From contig CM052816.1 of the NCBI GenBank assembly GCA_028534125.1, positions 60,576,001 to 60,640,000 of the forward strand: a stretch of 64,000 nt of DNA, in the 5' to 3' direction. How positions within the stretch are numbered: the stretch's first letter is position 1; each line of letters begins with the position of its first letter. The notes beneath the pieces were generated by a model that made no database searches, was not told the DNA's origin, and saw only the letters and a list, made by a program, of their open reading frames with translations. Positions 51,516 through 64,000 of the stretch are shown piece after piece. The DNA is from Lama glama. Its lineage: Eukaryota. A program made the position numbers and the translations under genes.

Positions 51516-54500
51516 AGTAGCAGTGAAAAAATACGGAAACTCTGCAGCAGTGCAATACACGAGTAATGCTTATAGTTTGTGCAAAATCTTTCAAGGCATA
51601 TCTTTATCTCATCTTTTTGATTACAGAAGAGCCAACAATTCACGCTTACTTCTCTAACCAGCCTCCTAACCGTAGCTCTTTATCTCTTTCGGAAAGGATT
51701 CTGTGCTTGTCTTACAAGGAAGTCAGCGCAAAATAGTTGTAGTGACACACACTGCCTGCAATCCTCAGTGAAAAGACAATCTCTTGCTTAACATTTTTCT
51801 ATATACCTTCAATTAAAAACAGTTTTCCTGAGAATTTCTCCAACCAAAGCTTCCTTGTAAACTAGCATATTTTATCCAAAATACAGCTCATGTTCATCAG
51901 GTAACATAATTAAGTGGCTTCCAGAATCCTGATTTTTAACAAATTCTGGAAGAACTGATCTACCCAGAAGAAAATTAACCTACTCTTGGATTTACCTGTT
52001 ACAAATGAGAATGACTGTTTTGAAAATTAAAGTATTTTAGTTATATGTTTCTTAAAACTGAGACCCACACACCCCCAAGCAGACAGACCGGAGCAGCATC
52101 TACAGAGCTACGGCTGATTCAGGGGAACGGCGACTCCAGGGCCGTTCGTACCTGACCTTGGAGCGTTTGTTCTTCTACTTCCTTCTGAATAAGATCGGGA
52201 CACACAGGACTGTCAGCTTCTGTAATAGCCTCACAAAAATTATAACCACATAGTGCAGAAGGTTAATTGCCACACCTTCCCTGGGAATCACCCCAATTCT
52301 GCAGGGTAAACTACCAAATCCTAAGCAAGGCATCGCAAAGCCCTGCACGTCCCAGCAGTAACCTAGCTTCTCCGGCTCATCTCCTGTCACTTGTCCCTAC
52401 TGGCTGAATGCTGGGCAGATGTTCAAGTTCACACTCGGGAGATAAGCTTGCCCTCCAGCTCTGCCTTTGCCTCCTTTTTCTCTACTCTTCATTCAAGATG
52501 TAACTGAAATGTCACCCTCTTTCAAATGCTGAGGCCAAGTGACCCAAGCCAAGAGGATAATTCTTTCCTGCACGCTCCCCTCTCAGCTAGTTCACTCATT
52601 TCAGAAGCAATTCCCCTAGGCGCTGGCAGAGCTCTCCAGGCCCTCAGCGATTTCCTTTTCCCTAGTCTGGGTGCTGTGGAGAATCACATTGAACACCCTC
52701 TTCAGCCAGGAGCTTCAAGTCCATACTCTCCCCACCTGCTGGCTTCCTAAGCCCAGTGCCCTGCCAGCCCCGGCTCTGCCCTGCTTCGGTCCCCACCATC
52801 CCCACTGCTGCTGCGTCCAGGGAAGAAAATCTCCAAACTGCTGCAACATTCTACAATCCTTTGTTTGATCCTCACCAACTAGTCCCTCCCCTAGCCACCA
52901 TCGCCAGCTCTCATCTCACCCCAAACTGTCCCAGACAGGATTTGGCCTTCCAAGTCTCACAAAACAAACAACATAGAACTACCTGAACAAAGAACAAAGA
53001 AACAAAGAACTTCCCGAAGACCTGAGACCTATCACTACACCAACGGATCTCTGCTTTTAAAAAAATAATCAGTACATCCTCCTTTCCCTACCGGTAACAA
53101 CTTTTCTATAGAAATGTAGCCCATTTCCAGATGACCAGGATGCAGGCAGTACCCAGCCCCAGGGCATCTTGAGCTGCAGCTTATTTGAGAAGACAACCCT
53201 TGTATCTCTTTAAAACTAGCTTCTGAGACCCAAGCCTGAGATGTGGTAGACGCTGTATGTCAGCAAATTTCTCTCATGCTGGTTCTACAGTTTTCCTTGA
53301 ATTGAATTCTTATCCAGGCACCAGACAGATTTAAGGAAAGGAACTTGAACTGTGGATGCTGCATTCATGCTATATTCCCTAAGCTTTTATTCTTGGAGCT
53401 TTGGACACTTTCTGACTTCTTCTTTTCCCCAGCACGTTCAGGGTAGCTTTCTGACTTCTCCCCTCTGAATTCCTCCTCTCTGCAACAACAGCTCTTTTAA
53501 CTTCCACTGTTTCTGGTCTCTGAGCAACCAACAGCTGAAGGTCAAATTTGGCCAAGCCCGTGTTTCCTCCTACCCCGAACTTCTTTTACTACTGAATAAT
53601 AAGCAAATCTTATCTTACAGGCATGGACAGTTTTCTTAAGACCTTATTGAAGATTCTCTTAAACAAAATTACATCAAACCAGTAACATTTAACATTCTTG
53701 CATTTCCTGTGTGCTAGGCTCTCTTTTAACCACTTTACATGAATTCACATTCAGACCTCCCCATTATCTATGGGGGTGTGTGCTGTCACTGTCCTGTTTT
53801 ACAGAGGAGACTGTCCCTCTTGGGGGACTCACTAGGACAGGTGTTAAAGCTGCTTCGTTCCCCCTTAGACTACCTTCCACCCACAGTATCTCCCACGACC
53901 CACTCTAGTCCTTTCTTAAAATGGGCACAAATTACCAACTTAAGCAGAAAAGCCATCTTTCAAACCCTCTCTGAAAAGGGGGGAGGAAAGCGTAGATACT
54001 GGATTTCAAACATCTCAGACACTTGCTAAAAGCAAGAGAACTGAAATGTCCAAGCAAGTAATCAAGCAGAGGTGATACCACTGCTCAAAAGGGCTATAAA
54101 GGAGGCTGTGAGGATAAAAGCTACGCATGAAAACAACTCAAAAAATCGGAGTTCACTACTTAAGCATCCTGACCATGGGTATTGATGTCTAATTACAGAA
54201 CATAAAGCTAAAGATAAGAATTATAAACTCTGGTTCTTCCTTTGCATCTCAAATTGTGATCATTACAAAATAAAATTGCACCAAATTAGCCCAACTGTGA
54301 TTGCACTCTGAGTGGTCCGGCATTTGGTGCAAAGCCATGGGCCAACTCATTAACCCCAGAGAATCACTTCCTCCTCATCTGAATTCAAGTAGAAGATCCT
54401 GCTCAATGTAGAATGAATAGGAGGTGGTTCAACAAGCTAAGCAATCTGAAGTTCAATGCATGAGGGAAAAATTAGGTCATTGACTGTCAAAGCAGACTCT

Positions 54501-56544
54501 GAAGTGCAGTTCTTTTCAAGGCTAGGCTCGCTGTTGGTAGACAGTGAAGCTGGCCCTTAACATTTTCAAATTATGATGAACAGGTGAAAATGAATTGCAC
54601 TTTGACAACGTAAATACCAAATTCCATCACCATTTGCTGCAGAACCAAAACTCAACTACCATTTCTTGGAGACGTTGTTAGCAGCAGCAGCCCCTCTCCT
54701 CAGACCAAAAGTATCAAGCAAACAGGTAGTTGTCCCAGGATTTCAGTCCATAGGCAGTAAAAAGGGAGAAAAGAACGAAATTCATTTACAGTGATGCACG
54801 GCGGAGGGGGAACTCAGCAGCAACAAGGGCAGAGAGTAATTAGGTGACAATTTGAGATCAACCACGAATTGGGGGCTGCTGACTGGGGGGTCACTGGATT
54901 GGACAATGCCATCAGCAGCATTTGGGGGTCTAGGCTAGGCCACAAAAGATGATGAAAGAAAAGAAGATACAAGGGCCAACAGAAACATGGTAAGATTATC
55001 ATACATCCCAAAATGGGATTGGATTTCACCAAAAAGAATGAAAGAAAAAATAAAACACAAAATGTTTCCCTCTGAGGGACAAGACATTGGTAGTAGTGAT
55101 ACAGTAGTATATTTAGAACAGTCCACTATTCCTAAAAGGACTGTAATTAGCTAGGTATGAATGGTAAGCCATTTAAAAGGAGAGCATCTAATGAGTTCAA
55201 CTCCTATTTTATTATTTCATTCCTCTCTATGAATCTTAACCATGGGTAGGAGGCCTATATACATAACTTATTGTCCAAATCAGTTCAAACCAGTTCATTT
55301 TTATTGTCCAACTCAGTTCTTTTTTGTAAGTATAAGCAAAGCTATTAAAGATTATACAAAATAGGCATCAGTTTCACAGGGGTCTATATCGTTCGTAACT
55401 CCCGCCCCCCTCCTGCATATCTGGCTACTCCCACTCATTCCACAGCCCTCAAGGTAGATGCTACCTTTTCCCTGGGGCTGCGGCCCTCCACCCAGCAAGA
55501 TGCTGGTGAACTTCCCCACTCAGTGCCTTCACGCAACCCCAGCATCTACTCTTACCCAGCATTTGCTACACTGCATTATAAATGTTTGTTTACTCATCTG
55601 GCCCCTTTACTAGCTATGCCGGAAGTTTATTCCTCAATTTCATTTGCATGCTGTGGTTTTTAAAATGGCCTCGCATTTCCCAGTACTATTAATTTATGGG
55701 GAAATAAAATTTTAAATTATAAAATCACAGCCACATGAGTTCTAGGGGCTTCTGCATCAATCTGTGGGCTTGTAAATTTTATGGAAAAACAGCAGTCCTT
55801 GAGAAGAAGAGACACTAAAGTGGTTTCGTGTTCATTTCTATTAGAGGAGACACTCCAGCCAATTTCTCCCCTAAATTAGCTTTCTTTGCCATAATGGAGT
55901 CAATGTGATAACACTGTCCCAAAGGCTGTACATTCTAAGTCACATAAAAAACAAATGTGCAGGAATGAATATTCCATTTTATTTTTGGCATGCCGCACAA
56001 TTCATTTGGTGTGATTTGTGCAATTTCTCCCAGACTACAGAGTTCCACACAAGAGAAGCATACAGCAGAATACAGATTACCAGATACGACATGGAAATCA
56101 AGAAAAATACGTAGTTTTTCTAGCTGGTTAGGGGTCGGGAGAGACAGACATCATTACCCTCACTGACAATTCAAAGTCACCCAGAACAAAAATCCGAGCC
56201 AAATTTTGAAGGCTTGACCCAAAGTACATTTGTGAGCACAGTCTTGGCAAACTCAAGCCTAGTGCAAAGCTTCTTGAGGGCAGGGGATGCTGAATGACAA
56301 TCAACCACCTAGGGCCAGCGCAGCCCTGGCTACAAATTAGAATAATTGAAGTGTTTTTATTTGTAACAAAATACTAATGATCTAGGGACCTGACCCTAGA
56401 CCAGTTAAATCAGAACTTTAAAGGCTAAAACCCAGGCATTGGTATTTTTTAAGAGGCCCTATGAGGCTGTATCATACAGCCAACGAGAACTATTCTTCCA
56501 CCTCCAATAGGTGCTTCCCGAACTAGAGAGAGTAGCAAGAAACA

Positions 56545-56760
56545 TCTGCTATTTCCTATGTGCCAGGCACTATTCCAGGAATGAGTAGGTACTGACTCAT
56601 CCAATACTCGTAACAACATTCCCACCACATTTTACCAATGAGGAAACTGAGCCTCCAACAGGTTAAATAACTGGCTCAGTATTCTACCTCTAATAAGTAA
56701 AGAAAATATAACTCAAATCTCAGTTTTCAGCTGCCCAAGTCAGCTCTCTTAATGATTCTG
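56545..56760 (-). mobile_element. MIR SINE
   Basis: 'ctatgtgccaggcactatt...cattttaccaatgaggaaactgagcct...ggttaaataactggctca'. Confidence 0.8.
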
Positions 56761-57367
56761 TAGTTCAGATATTTGGCACTAAAGAGCATCCCTGGAGGAC
56801 CCAAGCTGGTGTCTCCCTATCTAATAGGACTTGGGGAGTCTGAGTTTAGAGGGTCACAGATGAGAAGAATCTTGCTTAAATATGCCATTAATACTAGAGC
56901 CAATGATAGTGAGAATTACACAATTTAAAATACTTTCCTGATTTTTAAGAAATAATATTCTTATAGCAGATCTACTTTCCTATCTGTATCATTTAGAGCC
57001 AAATAGGGACTTGGAGGCAGTTATGCAGAAATGCTGATACTATTTTTGCCACTGGATCCTAGCCAATGTCCCCACCCTCATACACCAACAGCCTCTCTCC
57101 TGGATCATTACTATCAGTATATAAACACGTTCTAGTATCTAAAGTAAAACAAAAAAACTTACTTGTTCCCAAGTCCCAAGATCTCTTAAAATACTGCTGG
57201 GTTCTATCTTCCCTTGTCTTTCTTTGGACTCCAATGACAAGCACGCTAGACCTTTCGACCATATCCTGTGAAGACTTCCAGCTCTTCTCTCTGCTTCAGT
57301 CTGAAGATTTTCATATGACTTATCTTCCAGTTAACTTTATAAAAACTGTATGTAAGGCTGACCCACC

Positions 57368-58072
57368 CTTTGTTTTTTTACAGTTCTAGTTCACAGCAAA
57401 ATTGAGAGGAAGGTACAGAGATGTCCCAAGTGCCCCTGCCCCTACTCACACACAGCCTCTTGTATTATCAACATCCTCCACCAAAGCAGTACCTTTGTTA
57501 TCATCGATTAACCTGCACAGATGCGTCATAATCACCCAAAGTCCATCGTTTACACTGTGGTTCACTCTTGGTGTTATACCTTCTATGGCTTTAGTCAAAT
57601 GTATAATGAATGACACATGTCTATCATTTTAGTATTATACAGAGTATTCTCACTTCCCTAAAAATCCTGTGCTTCACCTATACACCCCTTCCTCCACTGA
57701 TCTTTCTATTGTCTCCATAGTGTTGTCTTTTCCACAATGGCATACAGTTGGAATCATACAGTATGTAACATTTTCAGATTGCCTTCTTTCAGTTAGTAAT
57801 ATGCATTTAAGATTCCTCCTTATCTTTTCATGGCTTGATTAGCTCATTTCTTTTTAACACTGAATAATATTCCACTGTCTGGATGTACCACAGCTTATTT
57901 ATCCATCACCTACTAAAGGACATCTTGGTTGCTTCCAAGTTTTGGTGATTATGAGTAAAGTTGTTATGAACATCTGTGTACAGGTTTCTGTGTGGACAGA
58001 AGTTTTCATCTCCTTTGTATAAATACCAAGGAGTGAAACTGCTGGATTGTATGGTAAGAATATGTGTAGTTA
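57368..58072 (-). mobile_element. L1MC1-like 3' end
   Basis: 'ttcacagcaaaattgagaggaaggtacagagat', 'ggttcactcttggtgtt' and 'ggacatcttggttgcttccaagttttgg' are the reverse complement of the family seen at about 15900-17200. Confidence 0.9.
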
Positions 58073-58309
58073 ACTTTTCAAATTAATCTAATCTTCCATG
58101 AAGCCCATCAAATTCTTTATTTTGATTACTTTCTGGTTGTAACATGTGCACTTGTTTTTCTAATTCCTAAGTTCTGACAAAATTCTCCATCTCACCCTTT
58201 AATTCCTTGAGCTTACTGACAGTTATTTTAAAGTTTGTATTCATTTTCTCAATTTCCTATGAGTCAGTTTCTTTTTTTTTTTTCCCTTGGTTTTTTGATA
58301 AGTCTTATC

Positions 58310-59605
58310 TTTTCCTTGTTCTCTTCCCTGTCTACACTTTCTGTCTTCATGACTTCATCCAGCACCATGGCTTTAAATACATCCTGTATGCTGATGACCC
58401 CAAATTAGTATTTCTAGCCCTGACCTCTACTCTGAGTTCAAATTCTTATCTCCCACTCTCTCCTAGGTATCTACACTTGACTGTCTCCTAAGCTTATCAT
58501 CAAAGTTAGTATGTTCAAAACCAAACTCCTGATTTTTATCCCCTCTTCTAGCAATCTTCCACATCTTGGTCAAGGACAATTCTATTTTCAGTTCTTAGAC
58601 CAGAAACTTTTGGAGTCATTGTTACCTCTTTTCTAACTTACACCCATCATTCAAGTCCATTAGCAAATCCTTGCATCTACTTTCAAAATGTACACAGGAT
58701 ACAACTACCTTTCAGCCCCTTTGCTTCTGCCACCAGCTTGGCCCAAGCACCCTCCCCTCTCACCTGCATTATTGCATTAACTTCCCAGCTGGTCTCTTCC
58801 TGCTCCTACCTTGGGGTCCCACAATCTATTAACACAGTAGGCAGCATGACCTTGGCTTTAAGACTTAAAGTATCCTTCACTTCTTCGTTCAAAACCTTCC
58901 ACTGGCCTTTCTTCTCAACCAGCATAAAAAGCTAAGTTCTTCAAATGGTGTTTATGGTCTTCCCCGTTATCTCTCTGAGCACATGTCCTGCTTCCTGTCA
59001 CTTGCTGACTCCTCTCTGGCCACAGTGGCCTCCTCCCTGTGCCTGCAACAGGTCGGAAGGCAGACATCCTCTCTTTTCAGGACCTGGCATTTTCTGTTCC
59101 ATCTTGAACACCCCACGCCTGACACCCATGGGATTCATCCCCTCACTTCCTTTATGTCTTTTTTTCTCTCATAGGTATATATATATTTATTGAAGTACAG
59201 TCAGTTTACAATGTTGTGTCAATTTCTGGTGTACAGCATAATGCTTTAGTCATACATGAACATACATATATTTGTTTTCATATTCTTTTTCACAAGTTAC
59301 TACATTATTCAAGTAAGTCACCTTCTCAAAGAGACTTCACACAACTGACCAATAATAATAATAATAATAAAAAAAGAACAGCAACCCCTCCCACCACCTG
59401 TTACCCCCTTGCCCTGATTTTATTTTTCTCCACAGCAGTTATCACCATTTGGCATTAATTACGTATGTTATTAGTTTTCATTGTCTCCCTCTTCTAGATT
59501 TCAAGCTCCATGAAAGCAGGAATTTCATGTTTTGTTCACTGCTGAGAAATCAGGGCCTGACATGTGGGAGGTACTCAAATAAGAGGGCCTGGATGAATAA
59601 TGAAG
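58310..59605 (+). mobile_element. L2 LINE fragment
   Basis: 'catggctttaaatacatcctgtatgctgatgaccccaaatt', 'atgttcaaaaccaaactcctgat', 'aagctccatgaaagcaggaattt...ttttgttcactgctg'. Confidence 0.85.
59158..59303 (-). mobile_element. Young-looking L1 3' tip (camelid/artiodactyl type) inserted in L2
   Basis: 'tttattgaagtacagtcagtttacaatgttgtgtcaatttctggtgtacagcataatg'. Confidence 0.8.
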
Positions 59606-60394
59606 AATCAATTTAACTGATAACTTTGCACCTGCCTGACTTACATGAACAGATGAAGACCATTCTTAAAAATACATATCTTTCTTAGGATTTGTGACTT
59701 ACATTCAATCCTAAAAAATGCACAATACCCAAAGTGGCATACAACCCAATACACAATACAGAGTTCACCAATGAAATATCAAAATTAGCAAAGAACCCAT
59801 AACTGAGTAAGTACTTTGAAGAGAACAAATATTTCTTTTTAAAAAGCATTCTGCAGCTAACGATCTGTAGTCTCCTAGATTTTTTTCCCCAATTTCTTCT
59901 TTTCATTATCTTTAAACAGATGGAAGCAATAAAAGGCAGCCAGCATGCTCAGTATGCTAATTACTTGACTATAGCTCTTTCAAAATGCCACCGTCCCTTT
60001 AATTTTAAAATAAACTGTTTACACGTCCAAAGTTCATAATATTAAGTGCTCTTGAACACATTAAGAAGTACCTAAAGAACTAAACTCCTTGACTGTATTA
60101 TAAGATTTAATTAGGAAAAGAAAAGAATTCTGTAATTAAGGTATTTTACATGATGGAAATGTGAAATGAAGAGCTTAAAATGAAATGATTCGACAGATTC
60201 TAAAGAAGTCTCTCTGCTCACGACTTTTAATTGACTATGTTTTGTCTCTCTGAAATTGATGACTATTGCTTAATTAATCAGCCATTACATCTCTGTCAAC
60301 AAGTTTCAAAGACAGAAAAGCAAAATGGAAGGGCAGTAATAGTCCAAAGAGCGTTTTTTTAATAACCCCAATTATTTAATTACGAAGAGCTCAC

Positions 60395-60505
60395 TTAACA
60401 CTCTAGATTCTAAGTTCCATGAGGGCTGAGATTTTTTTCTGTTTTCTTCACGGCTGTAACCCCAGAGCCTAGAATAGTGCCTGATACAGACAGGTGCTCA
60501 TAACC
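60395..60505 (+). mobile_element. L2 3' tip
   Basis: 'ctagattctaagttccatgagggc...cccagagcctagaatagtgcctgatacagacaggtgctca'. Confidence 0.8.
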
Positions 60506-61011
60506 AATTTTTTTTCAAGGTTTAAATAGCACACTGACTCCTGCAGCCAGTATAGGGAAAACCTACTTGTTTTGATCACCAACACCAATGACAAAATATC
60601 ACCTTTAATGGCTCCCTTCTGGTTTGGTTAGCATCTGGAAAGTGTATTTGGGGGGGGGGGAGCACGTTTTTTAGCAGATTATTATTACATCCTGCTGTTT
60701 CTTTCAAAATGAAAACTTATGCGAACCTAAAATTGACCACAGCTCTTGGAATTCCATATTGCTAGATATTTGAGAATACACCCTTCAGTTCAAAATATTA
60801 AGAAATTCTTTGTGTAGCCTATTTTATTTCCAACTTATTAAGGGCAAGTACAGGTGTCTAGTTTGGCTTTTTTTTTTTTAACTTTTTCAGTCCATCTTCT
60901 TGCTGGAGGGAATATTAATTCCATTTCCAAGATGATGGGGCAAATGCATAAAGGATCCAGGCACTAACCAGGCTCATGTGAGGATCCTTAGACTGGGTAT
61001 GATGACACACA

Positions 61012-61503
61012 CTATAGCTGCCTACCAGACACCCTCCTCTTCTTTCTCACTAGCAGAGTCCAGATTCGTTTCCCAAGAGCAATAGGCCTACCTAAAGAAA
61101 AAAAAAAAAAAAAACCCTACATTCTCTGAACTCCTTTGCAACTAGGAATGGCCATATAACAGTTTTGGCCAGTGTCACGAATAAAAAGTGGTTAGGTGGA
61201 GTAGTAGTCAGGCAGACAGCAGGGTCATGTGTTTTACCAATCGCCTTGGTCCTGCTGGAATGCAGATGCAGTAATAGAAGCACAGCAGCCATCTTAAGAC
61301 CATGTGGGGACAGGCACACACCAAGGACAGCTGACAATAAGGAGAGAAAGGTCTGGAATCCTGAGGGAACACTGGAGCCATCAGATCAGTTATGCACTGC
61401 CTACCTCACTTTTTGCTCCAGTGAAAACTGAACCTCTAACTAGGTTAAAGCCACTGTTTTCGGGTTGTATTTCTTGATGCAGATTTGAATTCTCACTGGT
61501 ACA
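61012..61503 (+). mobile_element. Old MaLR LTR (MLT1J/K-like)
   Basis: 'tttgcaactaggaatggccatataacagttttggccagtg', 'cagcagccatcttaagaccatg', 'ttaaagccactgtttt...ctggtaca'. Confidence 0.7.
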
Positions 61504-64000
61504 GATGTTAGTGGCGATTAGAAGATCAGAGGAAATGAGAGCTTTTGGTGCTGCTTTCCCTTAACTTTACCTTGGCATATTTATAAAAATGAAGAACTAC
61601 ATGCTCATTCCTGATTTTTCACATTTTAGCAAGGCAACAATATTGAGGGACTAACTTGTCTAGTGCTAAGAGAAATTAAGAAGACACATTCTTTTATCAA
61701 ATAAAATTAACTAAAAATTTTTTTTACTGGGTTTGGGGAATCCAAGCACTACTAATCCAAGTCTGAACTAATAGAATTTAATTTTACTCCTTTTACCTTG
61801 ATAATTAATTTGTATATCAATAATGGACCAAGAACCAATGCCTCATCCTCTCTGGGAAGGTTATCCCCTCACTACCTTACAGTCACACCCTTACTGCAGT
61901 ACACTCCACACAGCAGTGTCATGATCTCTTTGTGTATCTGGTATTTCTTATCTGGCTACCAACTGCTCATTATAACTATGCTTTCTTCATCTTTGCTTCC
62001 CTAGAATCCATGAAAGACATGGAAAAATAATCCACATTTGCTGAATGACTGAATGATTCACTGAATACAAGATGGCATTTACTGATGCCACTATCATAGA
62101 AAAAGCCATCAAAATTCAAGTTATGACTTATAAGGTATACATAAAACTACATTGACTTGCAATAGACTCTTTAAAGGAAAACAAAGGGTTGTTCTGGTCA
62201 CTATTTGGCCTAGAAATATTTTAAACCTGGGTATGAAGGCCACCTTACATCTGAAAAGCACTTTATTAGCATTTGTTTGCACAGTGTCTGCTGAAGCTAC
62301 AGCATCCTGACGAGGTGGGTCCTGGGTGGCAACGCGGTGCGTCAGAGAGAACATCAGAAATCAAATGACTCCATGACTCCAGTGCAAGTTCTAGCCTGGC
62401 TACCTCCAGCTACCAGACAGTAACTGCTTTCCCACCTACCTTACAGGCTGCTGTGAGGATAAAATTTCTCATTTGTTGCTGCTCCCAGACCCCAAGCCAG
62501 AGCATACTGTCTGGCACCTAAGGGGCATGCAAATATCACAGAATCAGTGGTCCAGCAAAGTCACAGTGTCTGGCCTCAGAGACCAGGCCTTTCCCCACCA
62601 CGCCCTGTGGACTCACAATACTTCTTTACAAAAGCCCACTTTTCTACAAATTCAGTCTAAAACTATCAGTTACTGGTTCTCTTCTCTGTACAGTGCTTTC
62701 TGGAAAGACTACATACCAGTTGTTGCCTTGACAATTCCACTTGCCTAAGTTTAATTTGATATTGATTTAAAAGGAAAGCAGGAGGAAAAAAAAAACCCTT
62801 AACCATTCTACAATTAACAGTTAAGCTTACATACAACTTGGTTAGCAACAAGCCAGTCTCTGTGACACTTTGTTTTCTCTAGAATAGACCTGACTGTCTT
62901 TTCAGTCTAGGCAAGTCAACCTAAGATGTTTACCTGGAGCATCAAGGGCTCGTTCACAATTAAGCGTCAAAACCAATACTTAACCTATGTATTTTCATGC
63001 TGCAAACAAAAAAGTGGAATTGTGTAGCCTGTGTCCATCTCTTCCTATTCCTTGACCTCTTTATACATTATACACATTCCAATTACTGCTTCTCTTCAGA
63101 GGTGAGCAGCTGGTTCTGCAGCAGCAGCACCTTGCCCTGGAAAACACAAACTGATGATCCAAAGTTTACAAGTATCCATAAAATAAATGTTTATATGCAG
63201 ACGCTAAATTTGTATCCAGTCCATTCTTCGGCCAGTTCAACATACACATATTCCTCCAATTAGAAGCACTATAGAGGATTTTAAGGAAGTTATGTTTCAC
63301 CTTTTTACCTCCCTCCTTTATTTTCAGTTTCCCCATCTCCTGCATGGGTGGGTTCCATTTCTTAACTGTTTCTATGGTTTATCACACTGGAATAGAACTA
63401 AAGACCCCACGTAACTATCAGTAACCAAGGCACACTTTTCGCCATCTTCATGGTTAACAAGGAAAATGACAGGCAGCAAAGGAGGAAGAGCCAGCACATA
63501 GACATAAACAGAACTCAGACGGAATGGAAATTAAACTTCCCTTGCCGACAGGACGCACACACCCATCTTTCACTTAGGACTATGCCCTTACGAGAGAGAA
63601 ATCTGATTAACTGGAAATGTATACAGGGAATTGCATTACAGATGCCGATTTCACTTTGTTTTAAAATGCTGAAGAAAACTATTGCTACTGAATTGCAGGG
63701 GTGGGGTGGGGAGGATAGAGTACCAGCACATTAATACAGAATATGCAATTCCTTCTCCAAGCAATATAAGGGCAGCATTATTTTATGAGGATACAATTGG
63801 GATTTTAAAGGGTCTCTGGGTGTTGTCCAACTGTGATCGGGTTGCAGACTGCTCATCTATTAGAAGCTCTGAAGATATTCTCCTTGGTGATAAGACAGTG
63901 CCCCCTGGTTAAAACAATGATAATTTTTATCTATGCTTGTCACTGAGTAAATTGGATAGGCTGTTGATTTAGACTGGACATCGAAATACCCAAACAGCAA

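Noticed and set aside
57368..58072. Inverted pair with the L1MC1 copy at about 15900-17200 as a possible long-range dsRNA
   Set aside because: Independent, heavily diverged copies about 40 kb apart; commonplace in mammalian genomes

Overview
Mammalian, apparently non-coding genomic DNA: a large intron or intergenic region. It is most likely camelid (camel, alpaca or llama), because it carries two copies of a tRNA-derived SINE resembling camelid Vic-1, each with a target-site duplication, plus cetartiodactyl-type L1 3' ends. I found no recognisable protein-coding exon, RNA gene or CRISPR-like array, and the supplied ORFs look like chance ORFs or pieces of decayed repeats. Much of the window is fossil transposable element sequence (L1, L2, CR1/L3, MIR, MaLR LTRs, Tigger1, hAT-Charlie), often nested. 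Family names come from my recall of consensus sequences rather than a database search, and most boundaries are approximate. The most distinctive unexplained structure is a near-perfect 36-bp-stem hairpin at 29003-29099 that looks like the product of template switching. There are also a few candidate minus-strand small exons, motif-dense enhancer-like blocks and strong G-quadruplex motifs. I see no convincing evidence for a novel biological system.
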